This document shows, one piece after another, positions 1-9,922 of a stretch of 64,000 nt of DNA. Position 1 is the first letter of the stretch. Each line of letters starts with the position of its first letter. Below the pieces are notes generated by a model, which was given only the letters and a program-made list of their open reading frames with translations, did not search any database and was not told where the DNA came from. Both the position numbers and the translations under genes were made by a program. Source of the DNA: Bdellovibrionales bacterium (GTDB taxonomy: Bacteria; Bdellovibrionota; Bdellovibrionia; Bdellovibrionales; JAUICD01); contig OZ253553.1 of assembly GCA_965262715.1 (NCBI GenBank), positions 1,376,001 to 1,440,000 of the forward strand, read 5' to 3'.

Positions 1-15
1 TTTGGTTTCTCTATC

Positions 16-42
16 AGCCCCTTCTTCGAAGGGGCTTTTTTT
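16..42 (+). terminator. Intrinsic terminator hairpin (copy 1), probably of a gene upstream of the window
   Basis: AGCCCCTTC-TTC-GAAGGGGCT 9-bp stem followed by a T run; same sequence recurs at 943-986. Confidence 0.8.
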
Positions 43-443
43 ATCAAAATAAATATTTTTTACCTTTTATTTCACTCAAAACAAACTCAACTCTGTTACC
101 GAAAGTTATGGGTTATTGAAAATAATCCATTTTATGTGACATAAGCAAATCTTATAGATTGTATGTTTTTCAAAAATTGTAATTTTTTCATATTGCATTT
201 TACTTTTTTTTGATTTAAGGTTTAGATAATAAAAAAATAAAATTTAATTGAAGGACAAAGACCTATGGTCACAAGCTTTTTAATTAAAAATTCTAAATCT
301 TTTAAGAACTGGCAAGTAAGTCATTTCTTTATGACTTTTATTCTCATCTTTCTGACCGTTTAACGGTCAGTCTATCAAATCCCCCTCATCACTATTTAAT
401 TTTTAAGTTTTTAATCACAATCACTATTAACTTTTAGACACTT

Positions 444-914
444 ATGAAACTTGCGAGGTTTATTATGAAATTATCTTACAAATGGCTGACCGTACTTTTA
501 TGCGCAATAGCTTTTAACTTTCTTGTTGTACTAAAGACAACAAATGTTTTTGCTCAAGTTGAAGCGAATCAATCCCCTTGTCCAAGTACACTGTTATGGG
601 CAGTTTTAGAAAAAGATGTTGCAATGGTGGAAGTGCTTTTAGAATATAGCGCAGATCCAAATGCTTCTCTTGAAAACTGTCAAGAGTTAGAAATTGAAGA
701 GTTTAGGAGGCTTGACTGGTTTCCTGAAGGATCATCATTGTTGCATATAGCAGCACACACTTTTTCAGGTCACCACGATATTGACAGTGGTAGAATCTAT
801 GACTTACTTGTGTCACACGGGGCAAATGAAAATACTATGGATGCAAGAGAAGACACACCAGAAAGTATATTGAGAGAGATATGGAGAAACCGAAGATATG
901 CACGCGTTTTTTAA
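444..914 (+). CDS. Small exported ankyrin-repeat protein (likely start ATG 465)
   Basis: Hydrophobic N-terminus ending NVFA; ankyrin-like motifs TLLWAVLEKDVAMVEVLLEYSADPN and GSSLLHIAA...LLVSHGANENTMD; GAGG before ATG 465. Confidence 0.75.
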   Translation: MKLARFIMKLSYKWLTVLLCAIAFNFLVVLKTTNVFAQVEANQSPCPSTLLWAVLEKDVAMVEVLLEYSADPNASLENCQELEIEEFRRLDWFPEGSSLLHIAAHTFSGHHDIDSGRIYDLLVSHGANENTMDAREDTPESILREIWRNRRYARVF

Positions 915-942
915 TCCTGATTGCCCTTTTTTATTCCTTTAT

Positions 943-970
943 AAGCCCCTTCTTCGAAGGGGCTTATTTT
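943..970 (+). terminator. Intrinsic terminator hairpin (copy 2)
   Basis: AAGCCCCTTC-TTC-GAAGGGGCTT stem then ATTTT, 28 bp after the stop of 444..914. Confidence 0.8.
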
Positions 971-1035
971 ATCAAAATAAATATTTCACATTTTGCATAA
1001 AGATCGATTTAATAGCAGTAGGTATATAAAGATTA

Positions 1036-1198
1036 GAGAGTTATGACAGGCATCTGATCTAGTTGTGGCAAGCCACCTCAGGCTAGCGGCTCAGGAGATA
1101 AAGTTTGCATAAGGTTTTGATACTATAACAAAATAACAGTGGTACAAGGTGCTTAGGAACCTCTACTGCTAGTGAAGAAGCCTGTCATAACTACTCTC
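1036..1198. repeat. Family A MITE-like repeat, complete copy
   Basis: Terminal inverted repeats GAGAGTTATGACAGGC / GCCTGTCATAACT(A)CTCTC; homologous pieces at 31601-31651, 54371-54440 and 57841-57977. Confidence 0.75.
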
Positions 1199-1229
1199 AT
1201 AAATGTTTGTGTAACAAAACCCTTTAAAT

Positions 1230-3620
1230 TTATTTACGAATAATGAGATTTAAGATTCTTCCTGGGACATAAATCACCTTTACAACAGGCTGATCACCTA
1301 TAGCGTTTTTAACGCTCGCAATTGCAAGTGCTTTTTCAATAGCAGAATCTTTAGCTTCATCTAAACTCACTTCTATGACACCTCTTTTTATCCCATTGAC
1401 TTGCACTCCAATATTTACCATATCTTCCTTAACTAAATTTGGATCAAACTCCGGCCAATCTTTTAAAGAAACAAAACCTTTACCTCCTAATTTCTCCCAA
1501 AGTTCTTCTGTAATATGTGGCGCAAAAGGAGATAACAATTGAAGTAAAGTCATCAGTGTTGATCTAGGACGCTCTCCTGTTTTATAAAATTCATTAATAA
1601 GAATCATCATCTGACTGATAGCTGTATTAAGACTTATACTTTCAATATCTTCTGAAACTTTTTTAATCGTTTTATGAAGAAGCTTCTGAACTGACAAAGA
1701 AGCTTCTTTATCTTGAATGACCACTTTACCATTTTCATCTATACATAGCCGCCAAATACGATCTAAAAACTTTCTTACCCCTGAAATGCCTTTATCTTGC
1801 CAAGGTTTATCTTTATCTAAGGGACCCATAAACATTTCATACATACGCAAAGCATCTGCCCCATAACTTTCTACTATTTCATCTGGATTGATGGCATTGC
1901 CTGCAGATTTTGACATCTTTTCTCCATCTGAACCTAAAATCATTCCTTGATGAACAAGCTTTTTAAATGGTTCAGAGTGAGAAACAAGCCCTGCATCAAA
2001 TAAAACTTTTTGCCAAAACCGAGCATAAAGCAGGTGTCCTACAGTGTGCTCTGGCCCTCCCACATAAATATCGACAGGCATCCAATATTTTTGACAATCA
2101 AAAGAAAAAGGCTCTTTTTCATTGTGAGGATCAGTGTATCTTAAAAAATACCAAGAGGAACCAGCAGATCCTGGCATTGTATCTGTTTCTCTTCTACCTC
2201 CATCTTTCAATAACACCCACTCTTTATTTTGAGCCAGAGGTGACTTGCCATCAGATGAAGGTTCATAACTAACTACCTTTGGTAATAAAGCAGGCAGTTC
2301 ATCTTTAGGGATAGCTGCAATTCCTTTTTGAGGATAATGGATTACAGGAAATGGCTCTCCCCAATATCTCTGACGACTAAATAGCCAATCTCTTAATTTA
2401 TAAGTGATATGCGCCTTACCTATCCCTTGCTCTTCAACCTTTGTAAGTAATTTATCTATGGCGGTTTCAACATCTAAACCATTAATAAAATCAGAATTTA
2501 TCACTTTTCCTTTACCTTCATAAGGTAGTGGCCCTTTACTTTCAACAACTCTAATAATTTCTAAATTATATTTTTCTGCAAACTCAAAATCTCTCTGATC
2601 ATGCCCTGGAACAGCCATAATAGCACCTGTTCCATAAGATGCTAAAACATAATCTGCAACCCAAATAGGAATTCTGCTTTTAGTAAAAGGATTTATACCA
2701 TAACAACCTGTAAAAACTCCTGTTTTAACTTGATCTGTTTGACGGTGCAATTCAGTTTTACCTAAAGCTTCTTGGATATATTGATTCACATTATGCTTGT
2801 GCGTATCAGGTATAATTTCAGATAATAAAGAATGCTCAGGAGACAGCACTAAAAAAGTAGCACCAAAAATAGTATCTAACCTTGTTGTGAAAACAGAAAC
2901 ATATTTTTCATGTCCGTCTACTTGAAAATCAAGCATAGCTCCTTTGCTTTTTCCAATCCAGTAACGCTGTCCATCTTTTGTACGCTCTGGCCAGTTTATA
3001 TCATCTAAACCTTCTAATAACTGCTCTGCATATTTTGTGATTTTCAACATCCACTGTGTCATTGGAAATTGAATAACTTCATGGCCTCCTCTTTCACTCT
3101 TTCCATCAATCACTTCTTCATTTGCCAAAACTGTCTTCAACTGAGGGCACCAGTTGACAGGCACTTCTTTTTGATATGCCAATCCCTTTTCAAACAAAAT
3201 AGTAAAAATATATTGAGTCCATTTATAATACTTAGGGTCACAAGTTGAAATTTCTCTATTCCAATCAAAACTAAAACCAAAAGACTTAAGCTGTCTGCGA
3301 AAAGTATCAATAGACTTTTGTGTCGTAATAGAAGGATGAATGCCTGTTTCAATAGCATATTGTTCAGCAGGAAGACCAAAAGCATCAAAACCAATAGGAT
3401 GAAGAACATTATAGCCTTTACATCTTTTATATCGAGCAATAATGTCAGAGGCTGTATAACCCTCAGGATGACCAACATGAAGTCCAGAAGCAGAAGGATA
3501 GGGAAACATATCTAAAATATAAAATTTAGGTTGCTCAGTAAAATTCTTGGCTTCAAAAAGTTTAGCTTTCTGCCATCTCTCCTGCCACTTTCTTTCTATC
3601 TCTAAGTGAGGATACGCCAT
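1230..3620 (-). CDS. leuS: Leucine--tRNA ligase
   Basis: MFPYPSASGLHVGH (HIGH), KMSKS, editing-domain YGTGAIMAVPGHDQRD, C-terminal YVPGRILN. Confidence 0.98.
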   Translation of the reverse strand: MAYPHLEIERKWQERWQKAKLFEAKNFTEQPKFYILDMFPYPSASGLHVGHPEGYTASDIIARYKRCKGYNVLHPIGFDAFGLPAEQYAIETGIHPSITTQKSIDTFRRQLKSFGFSFDWNREISTCDPKYYKWTQYIFTILFEKGLAYQKEVPVNWCPQLKTVLANEEVIDGKSERGGHEVIQFPMTQWMLKITKYAEQLLEGLDDINWPERTKDGQRYWIGKSKGAMLDFQVDGHEKYVSVFTTRLDTIFGATFLVLSPEHSLLSEIIPDTHKHNVNQYIQEALGKTELHRQTDQVKTGVFTGCYGINPFTKSRIPIWVADYVLASYGTGAIMAVPGHDQRDFEFAEKYNLEIIRVVESKGPLPYEGKGKVINSDFINGLDVETAIDKLLTKVEEQGIGKAHITYKLRDWLFSRQRYWGEPFPVIHYPQKGIAAIPKDELPALLPKVVSYEPSSDGKSPLAQNKEWVLLKDGGRRETDTMPGSAGSSWYFLRYTDPHNEKEPFSFDCQKYWMPVDIYVGGPEHTVGHLLYARFWQKVLFDAGLVSHSEPFKKLVHQGMILGSDGEKMSKSAGNAINPDEIVESYGADALRMYEMFMGPLDKDKPWQDKGISGVRKFLDRIWRLCIDENGKVVIQDKEASLSVQKLLHKTIKKVSEDIESISLNTAISQMMILINEFYKTGERPRSTLMTLLQLLSPFAPHITEELWEKLGGKGFVSLKDWPEFDPNLVKEDMVNIGVQVNGIKRGVIEVSLDEAKDSAIEKALAIASVKNAIGDQPVVKVIYVPGRILNLIIRK

Positions 3621-3804
3621 AATTTTTTAAGACCTCTCAATTTTTTAAAATTTATACTTTATTTTTAAGTTATTTCTCATTCTACTTAGCAATAAAAACT
3701 TTAAGTTATAATTTTTTAATTATTAAGCTCCCTCTCTTAATAAAAAACCATTTAGCGCAAAAAATCCTTTAATTTCTATAGTATAAACACCTTTTGAAAA
3801 GAAG

Positions 3805-3842
3805 TAAGCAGCTTATAAATAAGGTGAGAGTAATTGACAAGA
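3805..3842 (+). repeat. Duplicated upstream (promoter-like) segment, copy 1
   Basis: TAAGCAGCTTATAAATAAGGTGAG(A/G)GTAATTGACAAGA, 37/38 identical to 5427-5464; contains TTGACA; weaker similarity extends on both sides. Confidence 0.85.
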
Positions 3843-3914
3843 CATGTCAAATCTTAAAACATATTACATGATTATGACAAATCATAAAATCTACTTTAAA
3901 AACAATTAGCAAAT

Positions 3915-5393
3915 ATGAACTACCATCTTAACAACTTAAAACACAAAAAAGAGAGGAATACTTTTATGGATCATGAAACTTTCCGCAAACATGCACATGC
4001 CTTTGTTGATTGGATGGCTGATTATATGAGTACAGTAGAAAAATACCCTGTGCGTTCACAGGCTGCGCCAGGAGATATTGCCGCTCAACTTCCGATGCAA
4101 CCTCCAGAAACTGGTGAGTCAATGGAAAAAATTTTTGCTGATTTTAAGTCAATTGTGTTGCCAGGAATCACCCATTGGCAACACCCAGATTTCTTTGCCT
4201 ACTTCCCTTCAAACTCCAGTCCTCCTTCAGTTTTAGCAGAAATGCTAACAGCAGCATTAGGAGCCCAATGTATGCTTTGGGAGACAAGCCCAGTAGCAAC
4301 TGAAATGGAAACCCGCATGCTTGAATGGTTACGTATGATGACAAAATTACCTAAAGGATTACATGGTGTGATTCAAGATTCAGCATCCAGTGCCATCCTT
4401 TGCGCTCTCCTGACGGCACGTGAGCGTGCAACTGATTGGCAAGTGAATTGTAATGGCCTTGCACAAACTGCTCCAATAGTAGCCTACACATCCAAACAAG
4501 CGCATTCAGCAACAGAAAAAGGCGCAAAAATTGCCGGTTATGGTAAAGTCAATATAAGACTTATCAAAACAGATAATCACTTTGCAATGGATCCCAATGC
4601 TCTTGAAACAGCAATTCAAAAAGACCGTTCTAATGGACTCATCCCTGCTTGCGTAGTGGCTTCTATAGGTACAACCGGAGTTGGCGCTATTGATCCTTTA
4701 AGAAAAATTGGTGAAATTTGCAGAGACCATAATGTGTTCCTTCATGTTGACGCAGCTTGGGCAGGTGCCGCACTTATTCTGCCAGAGCAAAGATGGATGT
4801 CAGATGGAATCGAGCTGGCTGATAGTATTGTTTTTAATCCCCATAAATGGTTGATGACCAACTTTGACTGTTCTGCACATTATGTTCGTGACCCAAATGC
4901 ATTGATTCGCACACTCACCATTCTGCCAGAGTTTCTCAAAAGCCATCAGCAAGGTCATGTTATTGATTATCGTGACTGGGGTGTCCCTCTTGGTCGAAGA
5001 TTTCGAGCACTTAAATTGTGGTTTGTTATTCGATATTATGGTATTGAAGGTCTGCGGGCTATTTTACGTCGACATATTGATCTTGCCAAAAAGGCAGAGG
5101 CATGGGTCACCGCAGCACCAGATTTTGAAATTATGGCACCACGATCACTAACACTTTTCAATTTTCGTTATCGACCTAAAGGTCTCTTTAATACACATGA
5201 GCTTGATAGAATCAATGAGACATTACTACATCGTTTGAATGACAGTGGATTGGTTTACTTTACACAAAATAAAGTTCTGGGTTGTTATACTATCCGTTGG
5301 TCTATTGGACAATTTAAAACAGATCACCACCATGTTGAAGCTGCATGGGAACTGATTTGTAAGACAGCTAGGGATATTAAGTTACCCATCTAG
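3915..5393 (+). CDS. PLP-dependent aromatic-L-amino-acid decarboxylase family protein (likely start ATG 3966)
   Basis: PGITHWQHPDFFAYFP, HVDAAWAG, FNPHKW (PLP lysine), LGRRFRALKLW are group II decarboxylase/AADC motifs. Confidence 0.93.
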   Translation: MNYHLNNLKHKKERNTFMDHETFRKHAHAFVDWMADYMSTVEKYPVRSQAAPGDIAAQLPMQPPETGESMEKIFADFKSIVLPGITHWQHPDFFAYFPSNSSPPSVLAEMLTAALGAQCMLWETSPVATEMETRMLEWLRMMTKLPKGLHGVIQDSASSAILCALLTARERATDWQVNCNGLAQTAPIVAYTSKQAHSATEKGAKIAGYGKVNIRLIKTDNHFAMDPNALETAIQKDRSNGLIPACVVASIGTTGVGAIDPLRKIGEICRDHNVFLHVDAAWAGAALILPEQRWMSDGIELADSIVFNPHKWLMTNFDCSAHYVRDPNALIRTLTILPEFLKSHQQGHVIDYRDWGVPLGRRFRALKLWFVIRYYGIEGLRAILRRHIDLAKKAEAWVTAAPDFEIMAPRSLTLFNFRYRPKGLFNTHELDRINETLLHRLNDSGLVYFTQNKVLGCYTIRWSIGQFKTDHHHVEAAWELICKTARDIKLPI

Positions 5394-5426
5394 TTTAATG
5401 AAGCCTCCAAATCTTTTAGAAAGAAA

Positions 5427-5464
5427 TAAGCAGCTTATAAATAAGGTGAGGGTAATTGACAAGA
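5427..5464 (+). repeat. Duplicated upstream (promoter-like) segment, copy 2
   Basis: Direct repeat of 3805-3842. Confidence 0.85.
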
Positions 5465-5713
5465 TGTGTTAAAATTTAAAACAGCTTATGTGTTATGAAA
5501 AACAGATGGCAATATAAACCACTACCATGATAATAAAAAATTACAATATATATGAATACAATGCTTTATTAAGACTGTTTGCCATTCTCACTTTAAGATA
5601 CAATAATAAATTATTGTAAAAGTGACTTAGAAAAAGCACAACAAGAGGTAGACCATGGAATAAAGACTTCATTTTTTTACAATGAAAATTCAAGATAACC
5701 TGGAAAGGTAACC

Positions 5714-6157
5714 TTGGAAACCCTGTTGAAAAAGCTGCTAATCATGCTCCATATTGAAAACGTAAAGAAAGGTATGCTTAGGCAGTTCAGATTTCTAAAA
5801 AATAAACTATTTATCTTGTTGCTGCTTCTTACAGTTACTGGATATAGGCAGCAAGATGTTGATCATTATATAGATCTTTATAACTACGCCAATTCTTTAA
5901 ACCTTGAATGCAAAAGTAGTCTTCAGGAGTTTACTGATGAACAATTGTGTTGCTTTGTTTATACTCTTAGGAGAGTAAATAGCCTCTTCGACATATGTAT
6001 TGAAAATAAAGAGTTTGTTTATAACTGTATAAATGATATGATAAGTAATGTTGGTCTACAAGCAAGAGAGTTTACTCTACGCAATATGGTTGTGGGCACT
6101 CAAACATGTGGAATCTATAGAGCAACTAGCAGTTATAAAAATAATCTTAGGTATTGA
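5714..6157 (+). CDS. Hypothetical Cys-rich exported protein (likely start ATG 5774)
   Basis: ORF with basic-hydrophobic N-terminus MLRQFRFLKNKLFILLLLLTVTG and AAAGG upstream; no recognisable family. Confidence 0.5.
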   Translation: METLLKKLLIMLHIENVKKGMLRQFRFLKNKLFILLLLLTVTGYRQQDVDHYIDLYNYANSLNLECKSSLQEFTDEQLCCFVYTLRRVNSLFDICIENKEFVYNCINDMISNVGLQAREFTLRNMVVGTQTCGIYRATSSYKNNLRY

Positions 6158-6267
6158 ATATATAAAAAAATAACTATCAAACAAAGTACAAATTGATGAT
6201 TTTAATGTCTTTTATCCTATAGTAAATCCGGTAAGCTTTGATTATTTTTTTGAGCATTGACATTATA

Positions 6268-6669
6268 GAAGCCACCTCAAAAATACATGATAGCAGTAAA
6301 TAATATGAAATTGCAAAATACAAAACATAACATAACTAAAGATGGCTTCTTACTCAAAATGGACAGACTTGACGAGAGCCACGATAGTGGCCCTACGGAA
6401 AGCCGGAAGGGTCCATTTTGAGTGAAACAGTCCTTTTATGTGGTACTTATTAATAAAACGATGTCCTTAGCATTGTGTTAAGAAATGAGGAGATACTTTC
6501 TACTAAAAATAAACGGATTTTTGAGGCAATTAGCATTTTGTTGAGGGTGTTAACCGTCACGCTAATTGCCCAAAAACAGCCAGTGGCTCGCCTCGAGAGG
6601 CTGGTTTATTTTTAGTGAAACAGGTTGTTTTGAAAACGTGAACATTAGAATTAATTTTGAGATGAGTTC
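6268..6669 (+). mobile_element. Family B MITE-like structured repeat, complete copy with two hairpin cassettes
   Basis: TA|GAAGCCACCTCAAAA...TTTTGAGATGAGTTC|TA; internal stems 6352-6364/6411-6423 and 6502-6514/6604-6616. Confidence 0.85.
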
Positions 6670-6675
6670 TAATTA

Positions 6676-8055
6676 TTATTCTACATTTAGAAGCTCTAAT
6701 ATCTTTTGCCTCCGATAATTAAATATTTTCTTCATATCAGATTGAACAAGAGGTCCTGTTATTAAGTTTAATTTATAACGTAATTGGTAATTTAAGAGAT
6801 CTACAATCAATGTACCACCAGCAAAAGATTGGAATTGATGAATATGTCGAAATTTAGAAAATAAACCATTTGATTGTTCATCTATAAAAAGATGAGGAGG
6901 GTTATAAGTAGTGATTTTTATTTTTGATTTTATATTCAACCCATAAATAGATATTTTATACTTTAACTCTGTATTTTGATCTAGTTTTAAGGGAGATGTT
7001 CCTATCCATTGAAAGTTTAACCAAGGATGTGTCATTTTTTCTAAGTTTCTAAGTGAAAGAAAAAGATCAAAAACAGTGCTTCTATCTCTTGGTATCCATT
7101 GCATGGTTTCAAAACGTAAAGGCCACAAAAAATTTTCATATAAATTTATTAGGACAGCATTTATATCTTGAAATTGAAAAGAAAAACCACTCTGGATTAA
7201 CTTCTGAGGAAGAATTCTATGACTCCTTGTAAGAACATCAATAAGCTCTCCATGTAAAATAGATAAAATAAATTTTGGAGGAGATAAAAAATCTTTTTTC
7301 TTAAATGTTTGGTTTAGCTCATGTACAAACTTCGAATATAAACAAGGTGCAGGTGAAGTTAAATTGACAGCACCACTCATTTCACTATTTTCTATACAAA
7401 AAATTAAAGCTTTAACAACGTCCTCGATATGCACCCAACTTAGCCAAAAGTCTTTTCCTGGCATTTTTCCCAAAAAACCAGATCTCGCATACGGTTCTAA
7501 TTGATCTAACATACCTCCATCCCTAGCTAAGACTGCTCCAAAGCGCGCTTGTATAGAACGCACTGAAAGTTTTTCACACCTTTCTAAAACACACCTTTCC
7601 CACTCATGACAAAGATGCGAAAAAAAAGAAGATTCTTCTTGAATTGGAGTTTGCTCATCACACTCCTTATCAGAAGGTGTATAAATACCAATACCAGATG
7701 CGCAAATAACTAAAGATAGTTTTTTTTGTTTTAAAGGAATGAAAGGGTCCAATAAGTGCTTAGTTGTATTGATTCTAGAATCATAAAGCTTCTGTTTAAA
7801 ATCTTTAGACCACTTCGATTTGGCAACATTCTCTCCTGCTAAGTGAATAATAACTTCAATAGACTCTAAAACAGAAGATGTTGTAAGAGGCTTTTTCATA
7901 AGATCATGTTCTAAAACAAAAGCTGGTAAGCCTACAATCTCATTATACTTACTCTTAGAGCGAGTCACAACCGTTAATTGATGCCCTAAAAACAATAATT
8001 CTTTGCAAATATGGTGGCCAATAAGACCTGTAGCACCTGTCACTAAGATTCTCAT
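6676..8055 (-). CDS. TIGR01777-family NAD(P)-dependent epimerase/oxidoreductase fused to a C-terminal SRPBCC domain
   Basis: ILVTGATGLIG, IIHLAGE, SWVHIEDVV, LPQKLIQSGFSFQF; C-terminal FIDEQSNGLFSKFRHIHQF...IFNYRR is SRPBCC-like. Confidence 0.88.
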   Translation of the reverse strand: MRILVTGATGLIGHHICKELLFLGHQLTVVTRSKSKYNEIVGLPAFVLEHDLMKKPLTTSSVLESIEVIIHLAGENVAKSKWSKDFKQKLYDSRINTTKHLLDPFIPLKQKKLSLVICASGIGIYTPSDKECDEQTPIQEESSFFSHLCHEWERCVLERCEKLSVRSIQARFGAVLARDGGMLDQLEPYARSGFLGKMPGKDFWLSWVHIEDVVKALIFCIENSEMSGAVNLTSPAPCLYSKFVHELNQTFKKKDFLSPPKFILSILHGELIDVLTRSHRILPQKLIQSGFSFQFQDINAVLINLYENFLWPLRFETMQWIPRDRSTVFDLFLSLRNLEKMTHPWLNFQWIGTSPLKLDQNTELKYKISIYGLNIKSKIKITTYNPPHLFIDEQSNGLFSKFRHIHQFQSFAGGTLIVDLLNYQLRYKLNLITGPLVQSDMKKIFNYRRQKILELLNVE

Positions 8056-8100
8056 AAATTAATTAATATATGTATTTTAAAGAAAAGTCGAGTCTATTTA

Positions 8101-8489
8101 GAACTCATCTCAAAATTACTTCTAATATCCACGTTTTCAAAACAAGCTGTTTCACTAAAAATGAACCAGCCTCTGGCTGTTTTTGGGCAGTTAGCCTGAA
8201 GGCTTACGCCTTCAAGAAAATGCTAACTGCCTCAAAAATTTGTTCATTTTTAGTAGACAAGATACCTCTCATTCTTTTACACAATGTTAAGGGAAATTTC
8301 TTTCCACTACCTCTCCTTACAAATTACCTAAATCTTTACAACAAGTTAAAATTTGATGTTTATGCTGGCTACCTCAAAAATCTGTTCATTTTGAGTAGGG
8401 TAGATATCTCTCATTTTTTTACACACTGTTAAGGGAAATGCTTTTATTTCTCAACGGCTGATATAAAACTTTATTTTTGAGATGGCTTC
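8101..8489 (-). mobile_element. Family B repeat, complete copy in inverted orientation
   Basis: TA|GAACTCATCTCAAAA...TTTTGAGATGGCTTC|TA; stem 8154-8166/8242-8254; second partial cassette at about 8360-8450. Confidence 0.85.
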
Positions 8490-9922
8490 TAATGAGAATT
8501 TGTAATTTGCTTAAACACTTTAATTGAAAGTTCATAAGCTTCATCCAAATGTCTTGCTTTGATATCCTCTGATTCTTCTATATCTGCTATCGTTCTAGCT
8601 ACTTGAGTCAGTGATATACGTTTTCTATGAGCATATTGTAGTTCAGGAAAATGACGAGAAAAGACACTCTCATCTAACATTTTATAAATGACCTCTGTAG
8701 ATAACCTGCTATTTGAAAATTTTTGTCCTCTGCGTTTTAATGCAAAACTCTGAGCTTTTTCTACCATGTTCCTTAAATCACTTGCCTTAATCTGTGGCTT
8801 GTTAGAAAAATGATCAGCAACAACAATCATTTGAAATCGATCAAAGACAGGTCCTGATATTCGGCCTAAATATTTTTGCAAACGGAAGGAAGAACAAATG
8901 CAACGGTCAGAATCAAAAGGCAAAAATTTTCCACAAGCACAAAGGTTTGTAGTTGCTAAAAGTAAAAACTGTGCAGGAAAACTCCTCATATCACGGGCTC
9001 TTGCTAAATGAACTACACCCGTTTCTAAAGACTCACGTAAACATTCTTGCACTGCTATAGAAAATTCTAAGAGTTCATCTAGAATTAAAGTGCCTCCATG
9101 AGCTTTTGTGATAGCTCCAGGTCGAATAGGACTTCCTCCTCCAATGATCGAAATATGACTGCTCGTATGATGAGGTGTAAGTATAGGACGCCAAAACAAC
9201 TTTTCACCTAACCTTCTCCAAATTGATTGTGACATCAAAAAGACTTCATCAGAAGGATTTGATAAAACCTTTGATATGATATTTGCTGTAGTGGTTTTAC
9301 CTGTACCAGGAGACCCTACAAAAAGAGTGTTGTGTTCTCCCACTGCAATAATATGAGCTACCCTCGCCTGATACTCAGATAGTTTGATCTTAGGAACATT
9401 TGGTCTTACAAATTCTAATACTTGATTCTTTGCCTTAACTAATTCTGGATTTTTAATTGCTTCAAGAGAAGGTATCTGTAAAGACGGAAAAGGCAGTCTT
9501 TGATGACACTCGCCTGTAAACACAGCCTCATCTTTTATAGGAACATCCAAAACATCATCAGGTACAATCACCTCCCCATTAAAATTCAACTCACCATAAA
9601 ACAAAAGAGGATATTCATCTAGTTGGATTTGCTTTGTTTCACACAAAATACCAACAGCTATGGCAAGGTCCATTCCAAGACTCTTTTTTCTTATATGATT
9701 AGGACGAATATGAACTAAAACTTGATGCCTTTTGGGCCAACTAAATCCACTTGCTTTAAGAGCTGATTTAATACGCACACAGCTTTCCTTAATAGAAATA
9801 TCAGGAAGTCCAGTCACTTTTAAATCAGGAAGCCCTGGAAAAAGAGTTATTTCTATTTCTGCTTTTAATAATTCATAATCATTATCAATAAAAGAATATA
9901 CTTGCATAACCTTAGAACTCAC
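8489..9922 (-). CDS. comM: YifB/ComM-family Mg-chelatase-like AAA+ ATPase (start may be ATG 9907)
   Basis: PGLPDLKVTGLPD, GSPGTGKT, PHHTSS, AHGGTLILDEL, TNLCACG, ISGPVFDR, VARTIAD. Confidence 0.92.
   Translation of the reverse strand: MSSKVMQVYSFIDNDYELLKAEIEITLFPGLPDLKVTGLPDISIKESCVRIKSALKASGFSWPKRHQVLVHIRPNHIRKKSLGMDLAIAVGILCETKQIQLDEYPLLFYGELNFNGEVIVPDDVLDVPIKDEAVFTGECHQRLPFPSLQIPSLEAIKNPELVKAKNQVLEFVRPNVPKIKLSEYQARVAHIIAVGEHNTLFVGSPGTGKTTTANIISKVLSNPSDEVFLMSQSIWRRLGEKLFWRPILTPHHTSSHISIIGGGSPIRPGAITKAHGGTLILDELLEFSIAVQECLRESLETGVVHLARARDMRSFPAQFLLLATTNLCACGKFLPFDSDRCICSSFRLQKYLGRISGPVFDRFQMIVVADHFSNKPQIKASDLRNMVEKAQSFALKRRGQKFSNSRLSTEVIYKMLDESVFSRHFPELQYAHRKRISLTQVARTIADIEESEDIKARHLDEAYELSIKVFKQITNSH

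Noticed and set aside
1967..3515. Short ORFs overlapping leuS, and similar shadow ORFs within hsdM, hsdR, mraY, murD, macB, secA and others
   Set aside because: Antisense or out-of-frame to well-supported genes, with no motifs
6352..6430. Family B cassette as a hammerhead ribozyme (stem followed by GAAAC)
   Set aside because: The required CUGANGA core is absent before the stem in all copies
8070..8432. 120-aa ORF on the + strand
   Set aside because: Lies almost entirely within the family B repeat; the equivalent frame is not preserved in other copies
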